A DNA stretch of 64,000 nucleotides, taken from positions 1,651 through 65,650 of the forward strand of contig JBNMKL010000006.1 of the NCBI GenBank assembly GCA_050874305.1. Direction: 5' to 3'. This document shows positions 1 to 8,716 of this stretch, piece by piece (the first letter of the stretch is position 1; the number at the start of each line of letters is the position of its first letter). Position numbers and translations under genes: made by a program. Under the pieces are notes generated by a model that worked only from the letters and a program-made list of their open reading frames with translations, was not told the DNA's origin and searched no databases. This DNA is from Lachnospira sp. (GTDB taxonomy: Bacteria; Bacillota; Clostridia; Lachnospirales; Lachnospiraceae).

Positions 1-2
1 GC

Positions 3-335
3 TTACTTTCTGTATTAGCAACGGTTAGCTGTACGTTGTTCCTGTCTGCAAAATGTAAAGACACATTGACAGTTTTGCTGATCTCTATTGTAGTTCTTCT
101 CATGCCGCTTTTTGCTTATGTAGCGATGGGAGCAACATGGCTCTCTACCATACTTCCATCTGCCGGAATTGGTATGCAGAACAATTTCCTTTCTCAGCTT
201 GCAGATTTCAATTATCTGAATATCGGTGGAATGAGTTTCTGGACACCGCATGTTATTTTGATTTCGGCAGGAATTGAATTATTTGTGTTTACATTCTTGG
301 CGATTCATTCCTATTGCAGACATCAGGTAGCATAA
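3..335 (+). CDS. 5'-truncated membrane protein, probably the C-terminus of an ABC transporter permease
   Basis: Frame is open from the window edge (LLSVLATVSCTLFLSAK...); several hydrophobic segments; stop at 335. Confidence 0.5.
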   Translation, partial: LLSVLATVSCTLFLSAKCKDTLTVLLISIVVLLMPLFAYVAMGATWLSTILPSAGIGMQNNFLSQLADFNYLNIGGMSFWTPHVILISAGIELFVFTFLAIHSYCRHQVA

Positions 336-372
336 AAGAAGTTCAAAATAGAACGAATAGGTTATCTGCAGC

Positions 373-400
373 GCGACGGCAAAAGAAAAAAAGCCGTCGC
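373..400. terminator. Stem-loop downstream of the permease fragment
   Basis: GCGACGGC (373-380) / GCCGTCGC (393-400) around an A-rich loop; lies between convergent genes. Confidence 0.5.
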
Positions 401-427
401 AGAGCAGACACATTTTCACGCGCCTAT

Positions 428-462
428 GAAACGGCGGCTTTGATTTTCAGAGCCGCCGTTTC
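428..462. terminator. Second stem-loop, probable bidirectional terminator
   Basis: 12-bp inverted repeat GAAACGGCGGCT (428-439) / AGCCGCCGTTTC (451-462) followed by TTT. Confidence 0.55.
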
Positions 463-544
463 TTTGCATTTGCACAAACCTATGATGAATTTTCCGGAAA
501 TATTGTGGTTAATAGCGATTTAAACTGTTGTATTTGTTTAAAAA

Positions 545-784
545 TTAAAAAATATCTAATGAGTCTTCCGCATCTACCCACATCTGCAAATTTCCATCAA
601 GATATAATTTGGCATATTCAAGAGGTTCATCAATGGCGAGTGCGTTTAATGCACAGTCTGATCCTGGTGTGGTTTTTAAGTTCTTTTCAGCTTCCCAACA
701 GTCAATGCGGAGCATATAGCCAACAGAGGTGTAAACATCAATACTGTTGCGCTTGGGATTGTATTCTGCAAATATTGTTCTCAT
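545..784 (-). CDS. Small conserved hypothetical protein resembling DUF6061, typical of clostridial mobile-element cargo
   Basis: MRTIFAEYNPKRNSIDVYTSVGYMLRIDCWEAEKNL...DEPLEYAKLYLDGNLQMWVDAED; the ATG at 784 is preferred over the ORF-track start at 826. Family is recalled, not searched. Confidence 0.6.
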   Translation of the reverse strand: MRTIFAEYNPKRNSIDVYTSVGYMLRIDCWEAEKNLKTTPGSDCALNALAIDEPLEYAKLYLDGNLQMWVDAEDSLDIF

Positions 785-1118
785 CGTATCAAATCTCCTT
801 ATCGTTAAATCAATCATTTGTTGCAAAAATCAGAAGCATTTCAATCAGTTCACAATGTCACTTTTATTTTGTGTTATACTGTTTTATATAATTTTCTTGC
901 CCTTGTTTTTGCCCTTATCAGAGTTCGTAAACACTGGTGGGACGATATAACGCAAGGGAAACAATAAGGGAAAGCTCACCTGCGATAAACTTTGTGTTTT
1001 CAAGGGATTGAGAGATATTTGATAATAAAATATAACAGTTATTAAATCCCTTGGAATATATGAAATCTCAATTCAAGTTTGTAGAATTAAGAAAATCAAA
1101 ATTTGGAGGAATGGATAT

Positions 1119-1605
1119 ATGGCAAATTCATATAGCGTAATAGATGAAGCTACATGGGAAAGAGCAATGCACTGCATGATTTTCAGAAATAGTGTAGAAC
1201 CAGCCTTTTGTGTTACATTTGAGGCAGACGTTACTGAATTTAAAAAATACGTAAAAAACAATAATCTTTCTTAAAGTAGTGAATGTTCCCATGTTGGATG
1301 ACATTAGAGAATATTGTATCAATGCTAAGAAAATTGCAGATGAACAAGAAGCCTATTTCACAGGAACACTTGGAAATGATATTTTTCAATGTTCACCTAT
1401 GCTTTGGGTAACGTACACACATATTTCTCATACAAATTCTGGTAAAAAAGATAATGCTACTCCTTTGTTTGACTGGGGAAAGTATTATGAGAAAGATGGA
1501 AGAATAATGATGCCTATATCTGTACAGGTTCATCACTCATTTGTTGATGGAATTCATATTGGTGAGTTTGTTGATTTATTAGAAAAATATCTTGTAAGTT
1601 TTTAA
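1119..1605 (+). pseudogene. cat: Chloramphenicol acetyltransferase (CatA-like) with internal deletion and frameshift
   Basis: GGAGG RBS and ATG at 1119 give MANSYSVIDEATWERAMHCMIFRNSVEPAFCVTF...NNLS, stopping at 1274. A second frame (KVVNVPM...) runs to 1605 and carries the CAT active-site motif QVHHSFVDGIH. Combined ~160 aa versus ~210-220 aa for intact CATs. Confidence 0.8.
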
Positions 1606-1775
1606 CAGAAATGGATGCTAAAAATCTGTGTTTGGGCTAATTGGCGAGAAATACACGCCACAGTTGTCAAATAAACCTTTGCCAGAAAAATGGTTAGAGG
1701 AACAGCGGTAATAGTGGTCGATAGCAAATCTATGTCGGGCAAATATTGGGAGTGATTTGTAAAGGAAGGATTTTT

Positions 1776-2232
1776 ATGGATAATTTGATTTTTAGACAAG
1801 CAACCAAAGATGAAATACCACGTATTCTTGCAATGCAAGCAGATATTTTTCATGGTGAACAGGGAATTCCGGCAGATGATATTAATGCTTTTTTAGATAA
1901 GAAACCTATTTGCTGGTGTGCTGAATCAAAGGCAGATGGAAAAATCTATGCGGCGACTGCCGCATGGCAGGAGGACGATGAAACTCACTGGGGACGTTTT
2001 GTAGTATTTCCGGCTGCAAGGGGAAAACATATTGGAACAAAGTTGGCAAAAGTTTCGTTTGATGAACTATTTGATATGGGAATTGATAAAATATATATGG
2101 ACGCCCGTGATGCTACTGTAAAAATTGTTTGTGGTATGGGAGGATAATATTGCTGGAGAAGCTTACAAATTTTATGAAGGCAATGTAACTCCGGTTGTAT
2201 TAGAAAAAAGAAATTACATAAGAACAGCATAA
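1776..2232 (+). pseudogene. GNAT-family acetyltransferase, frameshifted near 2145
   Basis: GRFVVFPAARGKHIGTKL acetyl-CoA motif. Frame stops at 2147, but the +1 frame continues NIAGEAYKFYEGNVTPVVLEKRNYIRTA to TAA at 2230-2232. Confidence 0.65.
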
Positions 2233-2263
2233 GGCAGCAGTAGTAAAAGGAGGAATTCGTAAG

Positions 2264-3283
2264 ATGCAAAGAAGATTACTAACATTAGCAATGGCAGCAG
2301 TGATAAGTATTACAGCTGCATCAATGTCAGGTTGTGAGAAGGTGAAAGATGATGTAACACAATCTTCAGAGACGACAGCCGATACAGAGGTTACAACTGG
2401 TATAGAGAAAGCAACTAAGGCAGATAGTGGGATTTTAGAGAAGATTGACGGACAATTATTTTATTATTCAAGTGGAGCAGGCGCATGGGCTACGGAGCTT
2501 AAAGTACATGCAGATGGCTCATTTGAAGGACATTATTATGATATGGACATGGGAGATTCAGGAGTTAAGAATCCGAATGGAACGCAGTATGATTGTCAGT
2601 TTAAGGGACAGTTTTCGACACCAGAGAAGATAGACAGTTATTCATATTCAATGAAGGTTGAAAAGATTGAAACTGAAAAGAAAGAGGGTACACAGGAGAT
2701 AAAGAACGGAATAAAGTATGCATACACAGCACCGGCAGGAATATCAGATGGCGCGAAAGTGTATGTATATGTTCAGGGTACACCAGTTAACAGCCTTCCA
2801 GCAGGGTATTTAAGCTGGGCTGATATGTCTTTAAACGGAGCGGATAAACTTCCATTTTATGGAATATACAATGAAAAAGATGATGCTGGATTTGTTGGAA
2901 CATCGAAAGAAAATACACAATCATCACTGGATATAGAAAATGAACTTGCTCAAATTGAGAAGAAGGCAGCGGCAATTAACAATAAATTGCAAAATGAAAT
3001 TCTTACGCAGACAGAGATGAATCAACTGACCGCTGAACTTTATAAACTCTGGGATAATGAGCTTAATAAGGTCTGGTCTTATCTTAAAGATACACTGGAT
3101 AATGCTACAATGAGCACTTTGAAAGAGGATGAACGCAACTGGATTAAGAATAAAGACAGCCAGGTAAAGGAAGCAGGAAAAGAGTTTCAAGGTGGTACAA
3201 TGCAGTCTATGGTGGAAAACAGTAAGGCGGCAGAGCTTACCAGAGAAAGAGTATATGAATTGTCTAAGTATGCTTCACATTAA
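2264..3283 (+). CDS. Lipoprotein with C-terminal LprI/DUF1311-like domain
   Basis: Signal peptide with lipobox (ASMSGC); C-terminal WDNELNKVWSYL...LKEDERNWIKNKD...AAELTRERV pattern. Confidence 0.7.
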   Translation: MQRRLLTLAMAAVISITAASMSGCEKVKDDVTQSSETTADTEVTTGIEKATKADSGILEKIDGQLFYYSSGAGAWATELKVHADGSFEGHYYDMDMGDSGVKNPNGTQYDCQFKGQFSTPEKIDSYSYSMKVEKIETEKKEGTQEIKNGIKYAYTAPAGISDGAKVYVYVQGTPVNSLPAGYLSWADMSLNGADKLPFYGIYNEKDDAGFVGTSKENTQSSLDIENELAQIEKKAAAINNKLQNEILTQTEMNQLTAELYKLWDNELNKVWSYLKDTLDNATMSTLKEDERNWIKNKDSQVKEAGKEFQGGTMQSMVENSKAAELTRERVYELSKYASH

Positions 3284-3329
3284 GATGGTGAAAATTATTA
3301 TAAAATACAGATAGGAGAGGAATATATTT

Positions 3330-3713
3330 ATGCAATCAAAAGTAAATGAGGCGGCTCAAAGAAAAATGTGCGGCTATAATTGTGCCCAGGCTGTAGCATG
3401 CACATATTGTGATATGGCTGGGATTGATGAAGAAACAGCAAAGAATCTTACGCAGGGCTTTGCGGTAGGTATGGGTGGCAGTACAGAGGCAACCTGTGGT
3501 GCAATAATCGGTGCAGTTAATGTATTAGGTATGATTAATAAAGATGCACAGAAAACAATGCAGGGGTCAAGAAGAATAATAAATAGATTCAAGGAACAGA
3601 ATGGCACAGTTATATGTAAGGAATTAAAAGGAATAACGGATGGAGTTGTAAAAAGGGAATGTATTGACTGCGTGAAGGATGCAGCATTATTTCTTGAGGA
3701 TGAATTGAAATAA
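3330..3713 (+). CDS. C-GCAxxG-C-C family putative redox protein
   Basis: YNCAQAV, ATCGAIIG, ICKELK and CIDCV cysteine pattern. Confidence 0.85.
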   Translation: MQSKVNEAAQRKMCGYNCAQAVACTYCDMAGIDEETAKNLTQGFAVGMGGSTEATCGAIIGAVNVLGMINKDAQKTMQGSRRIINRFKEQNGTVICKELKGITDGVVKRECIDCVKDAALFLEDELK

Positions 3714-3782
3714 AGATAAAATCCGTGGTCCGTTAATTGGGAATATGTTGATTGTCAAATTTTGTTGAGGTGGATTAAAGAT

Positions 3783-4256
3783 ATGAGACAGGAAGATAGA
3801 GAAATAAAAGAATTCAACGAAATAATAGAGGTTATGAAAAATTGTGATGTGTGCAGACTTGTACTGAATGATGACGGATATCCTTACATTTTACCATTAA
3901 ATTTCGGTATGGAAGTTGTTGATGGCAAAGTCAGGCTGTATTTTCACAGTGCGCTCGAAGGATATAAAGTGGAGCTTATAAAAAAGGATAACAGAGCATC
4001 ATTCGAGATGGACTGCAAGCATCAGCTTCAGTATTTTGAGGAAAAAGGCTACTGTACGATGGCATATGAAAGTGTGATTGGAAGAGGACGAATCAGAATT
4101 CTTGATGAAGAAGAAAAAATGGATGCGTTAAAAAATCTCATGGCTCATTATCACATGGGAAAAGAGGCTTATTTTAATCCAGCAGCGATTTCTAGAACAC
4201 TTGTGTATGTTTTGGAGGTGGAAAGGATTACAGGAAAGAGAAAGAAACCAAAGTAA
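3783..4256 (+). CDS. Pyridoxamine 5'-phosphate oxidase-like / NimA-family flavin-binding protein
   Basis: CRLVLNDDGYPYILPLNFG, LYFHSALEGYK, YESVIGRG motifs; start at MRQEDREI. Confidence 0.8.
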   Translation: MRQEDREIKEFNEIIEVMKNCDVCRLVLNDDGYPYILPLNFGMEVVDGKVRLYFHSALEGYKVELIKKDNRASFEMDCKHQLQYFEEKGYCTMAYESVIGRGRIRILDEEEKMDALKNLMAHYHMGKEAYFNPAAISRTLVYVLEVERITGKRKKPK

Positions 4257-4272
4257 TATCGTATTATATTAA

Positions 4273-4309
4273 TTTATCTCCTAAATTGTATTGAAATTTA
4301 GGAGATAAA
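4273..4309. terminator. Bidirectional terminator between convergent genes
   Basis: 15-bp perfect inverted repeat TTTATCTCCTAAATT / AATTTAGGAGATAAA. Confidence 0.7.
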
Positions 4310-4372
4310 TAGCTTTTTAGTAGATTAATATGAGGAAAACCGATTATTAAACATTAAATGTGTGGAAATAAT

Positions 4373-5206
4373 TTACCATGTCAATGAGAATTCCACTAAT
4401 TCTGGTGTTTCTGGTTTACCAATCAATGGCTCTTTTCTGTCCAGAGCAGCAAGCTGTGTCATTTCATCAGCAGTTAAAGTAAAATCAAATAAATCAAAAT
4501 TCTCTTTGATGTGCTCTGGCTGGGTGCTTCTCGGAATAACGGCAATGCCTTTCTGTGTCAGAAAACGAAGGAGTATCTGTGCTGGAGTTTTATTGTATTT
4601 TTTGGTAAGTGCAAGAACCACAGGCTCATTAAACATTTCGTTGCGGTTGCCCTGACCGAGCGGTGCATAAGCCATGTGTGCGACCTGCTTTTTGTCCATC
4701 CAGCTACGTTCTGTACTGCGCTGGCAGTAAATGTTGGTTTCAATCTGATTGACAGCAGGGATAATTTTATTGTAGGCAATCAGGTCAAGAAGCTGGTCTG
4801 GTTCAAAGTTAGAAACACCGATAGCACGAACCTTTCCTGCATCATACAGCTTTTCAAGAGCACGCCATGCCGCATAATAATTGGCAAATGGCCAGTGCAA
4901 AAGTAACAGGTCGATATAGTCAGTTTGTAGATTTTCAAGTGACTGAATTACTGTTTGCTCTGCATTTTCATAAGATTTGAAATTCACCTTTGTGACGAGA
5001 AACAGCTCATTGCGGTCAATTCCGCTCTGTTTGATGCCTTCGCCTACTTCTTTTTCATTGCCGTAGGCTTCGGCAGTATCAATCATTCGATAGCCATTTT
5101 CAATTGCTGTCGCAACTGCATTTTTACAGGTCTCACCACCAAGCATAAATGTACCAAATCCGACAAGCGGCATCTGAACGCCGTTATTCAAAGTCAAATA
5201 TTCCAT
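4373..5206 (-). CDS. Aldo/keto reductase (2,5-diketo-D-gluconate reductase-like)
   Basis: GYRMIDTAEAYGNE, LFLVTK, DLLLLHWP, IGVSNF, NQIE, AYAPLG, VIPRS motifs. Confidence 0.95.
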   Translation of the reverse strand: MEYLTLNNGVQMPLVGFGTFMLGGETCKNAVATAIENGYRMIDTAEAYGNEKEVGEGIKQSGIDRNELFLVTKVNFKSYENAEQTVIQSLENLQTDYIDLLLLHWPFANYYAAWRALEKLYDAGKVRAIGVSNFEPDQLLDLIAYNKIIPAVNQIETNIYCQRSTERSWMDKKQVAHMAYAPLGQGNRNEMFNEPVVLALTKKYNKTPAQILLRFLTQKGIAVIPRSTQPEHIKENFDLFDFTLTADEMTQLAALDRKEPLIGKPETPELVEFSLTW

Positions 5207-5258
5207 GTTATATCCTCCATCATTGTATTTACTTAGAGCAACTCTCTATGCTACAATT

Positions 5259-5289
5259 ATTCTAATAAGTTCGTGTAACACGAAGTCAA
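5259..5289 (-). promoter_or_regulatory. MerR-type long-spacer promoter for the aldo/keto reductase, with operator palindrome
   Basis: Minus strand TTGACT (5289-5284), 19 bp spacer, TAGAAT (5264-5259); the palindrome TTCGTGT-A-ACACGAA (5270-5284) lies in the spacer. Confidence 0.7.
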
Positions 5290-5311
5290 GAGGATTTTTT
5301 GAGGTGAGGTC

Positions 5312-5734
5312 ATGTATTATACGATTAAGCAGATGGCTGAAATGTTCAATGTCACGGAACACACATTGCGCTTCTATACCGACAAGGGCTTGCTGCCATG
5401 CGAGCGTGATGGCGGTAACCGCAGGGTGTTCAATGAGGAGTCTGTTAACTGGATGCAGGGCATTAAATGTTTGAAAGGCTGTGGTGCATCTATAGAAGAT
5501 ATTCAGGAGTATTGCCACTTGTGTTTATTGGAAGAATCGGAGGAAAATCTGCGTGCGAGGTATGCAATTATCTTAAAGCAGCGGACAGAAGCCTACAAGC
5601 GGGTGGAAGAAGCCAAGGCAACTGCAAAATATATGGATGAGAAGGTGGCGCATTATGAGACTATCCTAGCCGGGCTGGCACCAGATGACACTAATCCGAA
5701 AAACTGGACAGCAGGGAACCGCCCAAAACATTGA
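5312..5734 (+). CDS. MerR-family transcriptional regulator
   Basis: YTIKQMAEMFNVTEHTLRFYTDKGLL...RDGGNRRVF HTH; GASIEDIQEY; coiled coil. Confidence 0.92.
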   Translation: MYYTIKQMAEMFNVTEHTLRFYTDKGLLPCERDGGNRRVFNEESVNWMQGIKCLKGCGASIEDIQEYCHLCLLEESEENLRARYAIILKQRTEAYKRVEEAKATAKYMDEKVAHYETILAGLAPDDTNPKNWTAGNRPKH

Positions 5735-5804
5735 ATGGGGTTAATCAGAAAAACATTTTTTATAAATGCAGATGGAGAAGGAAGTGCAGGAGAGGTAGAT
5801 ATTT

Positions 5805-5969
5805 ATGAAACCAGATGAGATTATAAGCGAAGTTGCAGCTCTTTGCAGGGAGTATGGGGCAAAGGAAGTGATTTTATATGGTTCACGCGCCAAAGGGACA
5901 GCCAGAGAGCGTAGCGATATAGATATTGTAGTGTCAGTGAATAAAAGTACCATGATAAGGAATTGGTGA
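5805..5969 (+). pseudogene. Truncated minimal nucleotidyltransferase (MNT/MntA antitoxin-like); absent from the ORF track
   Basis: MKPDEIISEVAALCREYGAKEVILYGSRAKGTARERSDIDIVVS then an unrelated tail and stop at 54 aa; GS-x10-DID motif intact, C-terminal half missing. Confidence 0.75.
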
Positions 5970-5988
5970 ATAAAAGGAGATACATAAA

Positions 5989-6945
5989 ATGAAGATAAAA
6001 ACAGTAGCAGTTCTCGGAGCAGGAGCTGTTGGCTCTTATGTGATATGGGGACTATCAGAACGTAAAGACATAAGATTAGGAGTTATTGCAGAGGGCGAGC
6101 GTGCAGAGCGGATGAAGAAGGGTTGCCTGATTAATGATGTGACATATCATCCAGAGGTGTGGACACTAGAGGAAGCGAAAGGAACAGACCTTCTGATTGT
6201 GTCTTTGAAATATGGAGCTTTACCGGGCGCATTGGACAGCATAAGCACGATTACCGGGGAGAATACAACAGTTATGAGCCTTATGAATGGTGTGGACAGC
6301 GAAGAAATCATTTCTGCCAGAATAGGAGCTTGCCACGTCATCCATTCATTGATAAAAGTTGCTTCCCATAAAGAGGGTGACGGATTTTATTTTAATCCGG
6401 AAACTACAATGGGAATTATATTTGGCGAAATATCTGCACCATATCAGAGTGAACGTGTACAGGCAATAGAAGAACTTTTTAAAGGTACTGGGCTTCATTA
6501 CCGCATTACAGAACATATCAGAGAGGAAATATGGAGTAAATTCCGCTTAAATGTCAGCAATAATCTGCCACAGGCGGTTCTTGGCGCAGGAGTGGGCTGT
6601 TATCAGGACAGTGCTCATATGAAACATATCAGCAATGGACTCAGACAGGAGCTGGAGGCTATTGCGGCAGCAAAAGGAATTGATATGAGCAAGGCAGATG
6701 TGTCTTCTAATCACGGAAGTGCTGTCCCACCATCAACGAGATATTCTACATTACAGGATATTGATGCAGGACGTCATACAGAGATTGATATGTTTTCGGG
6801 CGCGCTTGTACGAATGGGTAAAGAGCTGGGGATTCCAACACCGTATAATGAATATACTTATCACATTATAAAAGCTATAGAAGAGAAGAACGATGGAAAG
6901 TTTGATTATAGCAAAGATGGGGGAAAAGTGACTTATGCAAAATAA
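5989..6945 (+). CDS. panE: Ketopantoate reductase (ApbA/PanE) family protein
   Basis: VLGAGAVG Rossmann motif, LMNGV, IWSKF..N, STLQDI..GR.TEID.FSG. Confidence 0.85.
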   Translation: MKIKTVAVLGAGAVGSYVIWGLSERKDIRLGVIAEGERAERMKKGCLINDVTYHPEVWTLEEAKGTDLLIVSLKYGALPGALDSISTITGENTTVMSLMNGVDSEEIISARIGACHVIHSLIKVASHKEGDGFYFNPETTMGIIFGEISAPYQSERVQAIEELFKGTGLHYRITEHIREEIWSKFRLNVSNNLPQAVLGAGVGCYQDSAHMKHISNGLRQELEAIAAAKGIDMSKADVSSNHGSAVPPSTRYSTLQDIDAGRHTEIDMFSGALVRMGKELGIPTPYNEYTYHIIKAIEEKNDGKFDYSKDGGKVTYAK

Positions 6946-7186
6946 AATGATATGTCCAAAATGTGGAAAAGAAATGCAGGCTGGAGCACTTGGACCAACT
7001 GAAAAGGGGTCACTGTTCTGGGCTGATAACGAATATTTTAAGAACAAATTCAATAATTTTATGACGTTAAGAAATGCGTTAAATAATGGAGCAATCCGTA
7101 TACGTGTTGGAAATGGATTGACAAGTGACCGCACAAAGGCTTGGGCTTGCAGGGACTGCAAGATGGTGTTGGTGGATTGCAATTAA
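6935..7186 (+). CDS. Small zinc-ribbon protein (PF20097/DUF6487-like)
   Basis: N-terminal CPKCGKEM..G and C-terminal AWACRDCK; overlaps the panE stop. Confidence 0.6.
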   Translation: MQNKMICPKCGKEMQAGALGPTEKGSLFWADNEYFKNKFNNFMTLRNALNNGAIRIRVGNGLTSDRTKAWACRDCKMVLVDCN

Positions 7187-7215
7187 GTGGAATACGGAGG
7201 GCAGGAAGTGAAAAT

Positions 7216-7244
7216 ACCCTCCTGCAATAATTCATTACAGGAGG
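7216..7244. terminator. Terminator hairpin between convergent genes
   Basis: CCCTCCTGCAAT / ATTACAGGAGGG, one mismatch. Confidence 0.6.
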
Positions 7245-7263
7245 GATGTGAATTTATCGGTAT

Positions 7264-7899
7264 TTATTTTCGTGCGACAAGGTGTGCGCGGAAAGACTTC
7301 TGTTTCTCCATAGTAAGTACTGTAAAACCGGCTTTTTCAGCCATTGCAATGAATTCGTCAACTTTATGTATTTTCACATCACCATGACCGCACAGATTTG
7401 CAAGAGGCATTTCAAAATGGTTCATCAGCCATACTACGAAATTAGATGATGTGTAGTCACGCAGAATCAGTCGTCCGCCTTTTCGCAGGACGCGGTATGC
7501 ACTATTGAAAAAGTTCTGAGGATTAGGGTAATGGTGGAAACTGTTTGAACAGATAATTGCATCAAATGAATTCTCTTCAAATGGCAGATTTTCACTATCG
7601 CCCACAACAAATTCAGTGTTGGAAAGCTTTTTTGCATTGGCAACATTAATCATCTCAGGTGTGAGGTCAAGACCAACATAGTGCTTATCTGGGTATTTGT
7701 CGTGGAGAAGCTGAATCATTGGCCCTGTTCCACAGCCGCAGTCTAATACATCATTGAATTTCTCTTTTTCTAATTCTGCCAGAATTGGTGGATAATCGTC
7801 TTTGCACATTTCATAAATGCCAGAATGTCCGCTGTCATATATTTTAGCTGCTTCTGTAAATTCTTTGATAGAGAGCTGTTTATATTTTTCAGGTGTCAT
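7264..7899 (-). CDS. Class I SAM-dependent methyltransferase (UbiE-like)
   Basis: VLDCGCGTG, GLDLTPEM, GDSENLPF..NSFDAI, LRKGGRL. Confidence 0.9.
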   Translation of the reverse strand: MTPEKYKQLSIKEFTEAAKIYDSGHSGIYEMCKDDYPPILAELEKEKFNDVLDCGCGTGPMIQLLHDKYPDKHYVGLDLTPEMINVANAKKLSNTEFVVGDSENLPFEENSFDAIICSNSFHHYPNPQNFFNSAYRVLRKGGRLILRDYTSSNFVVWLMNHFEMPLANLCGHGDVKIHKVDEFIAMAEKAGFTVLTMEKQKSFRAHLVARK

Positions 7900-8087
7900 A
7901 GTGCCGACCTCCTTAAAATTAATTATTGGTTAGATATTACTAACCAAACACTATCACAAAGCACTGGAAATGTCAAAATGATAATTTGTCGTATACAGGG
8001 AATATTTGTTGAACGAATTAAGTGGAACATTCCCCGGAAACCCGATATACTTATGCTTAGCAAAATGCCGGGAGGATTCATCAGAAT

Positions 8088-8609
8088 ATGACATCATGTA
8101 TTGTTGCATTTGTAATAATATTCGTGATTCTAAGGATGAGTTTGAAAAGATACTTAAGAGAGGCTGCATTTGATGTGAGAGGACGGGCTATGGTTCTGGG
8201 GAGAATTATAACTTATCCGGGGAAGAAAGATAGTGGGCGTGATATTATAAAGCTGAGGACAAGCCTTGGGTACAATCTTGTCAGAAGCTATAATGAGCTT
8301 TCAAAGCTTGGAATAGAAGTGGAAGACGTACATGGATTCGTGGATAAAAGAGTACGTGAACACAGAATCTGGTTGATAAAACTGGACACTCTGGCAACAC
8401 TTACAGGTTGTCAGGACGAGCTTTGCGGGCGGATTATGGAGATTAGCAAAGGGCATCTTTTCGGTCTGGACGGATGCCAGATTAAGCTGGGGACTGAGGG
8501 AACATTTGTGGCATATATGGGGAAGAATAACAGGCTTCATGGAAGTGCCGCAATTGAGTTTGAAAAGCTTAATAAACAATACCAAGAAATCTTGAAAAAA
8601 ACTGGTTAG
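8088..8609 (+). CDS. Hypothetical protein (start uncertain)
   Basis: 173-aa ORF on the majority strand; no motif recognised. Confidence 0.4.
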   Translation: MTSCIVAFVIIFVILRMSLKRYLREAAFDVRGRAMVLGRIITYPGKKDSGRDIIKLRTSLGYNLVRSYNELSKLGIEVEDVHGFVDKRVREHRIWLIKLDTLATLTGCQDELCGRIMEISKGHLFGLDGCQIKLGTEGTFVAYMGKNNRLHGSAAIEFEKLNKQYQEILKKTG

Positions 8610-8716
8610 GGAAGTATAATTGTCTTATGTTTAACAATGTGTTCTGGAAGTCTGAGGGGGATGCATTGGAAGCCATATGTGTAATATTAATTTTAATTTA
8701 AAAGGAGATTGAAGGT

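Noticed and set aside
1606-1772. Possible gene remnant (KSVFGLIGEKYTPQLSNKPLPEKWLEEQR...) between cat and GNAT
   Set aside because: Interrupted by stops, no start or RBS, and no family I can recognise.
3783-4256. Calling the NimA-like gene a metronidazole-resistance determinant
   Set aside because: The family is widespread and mostly unrelated to resistance; sequence alone cannot support the claim.
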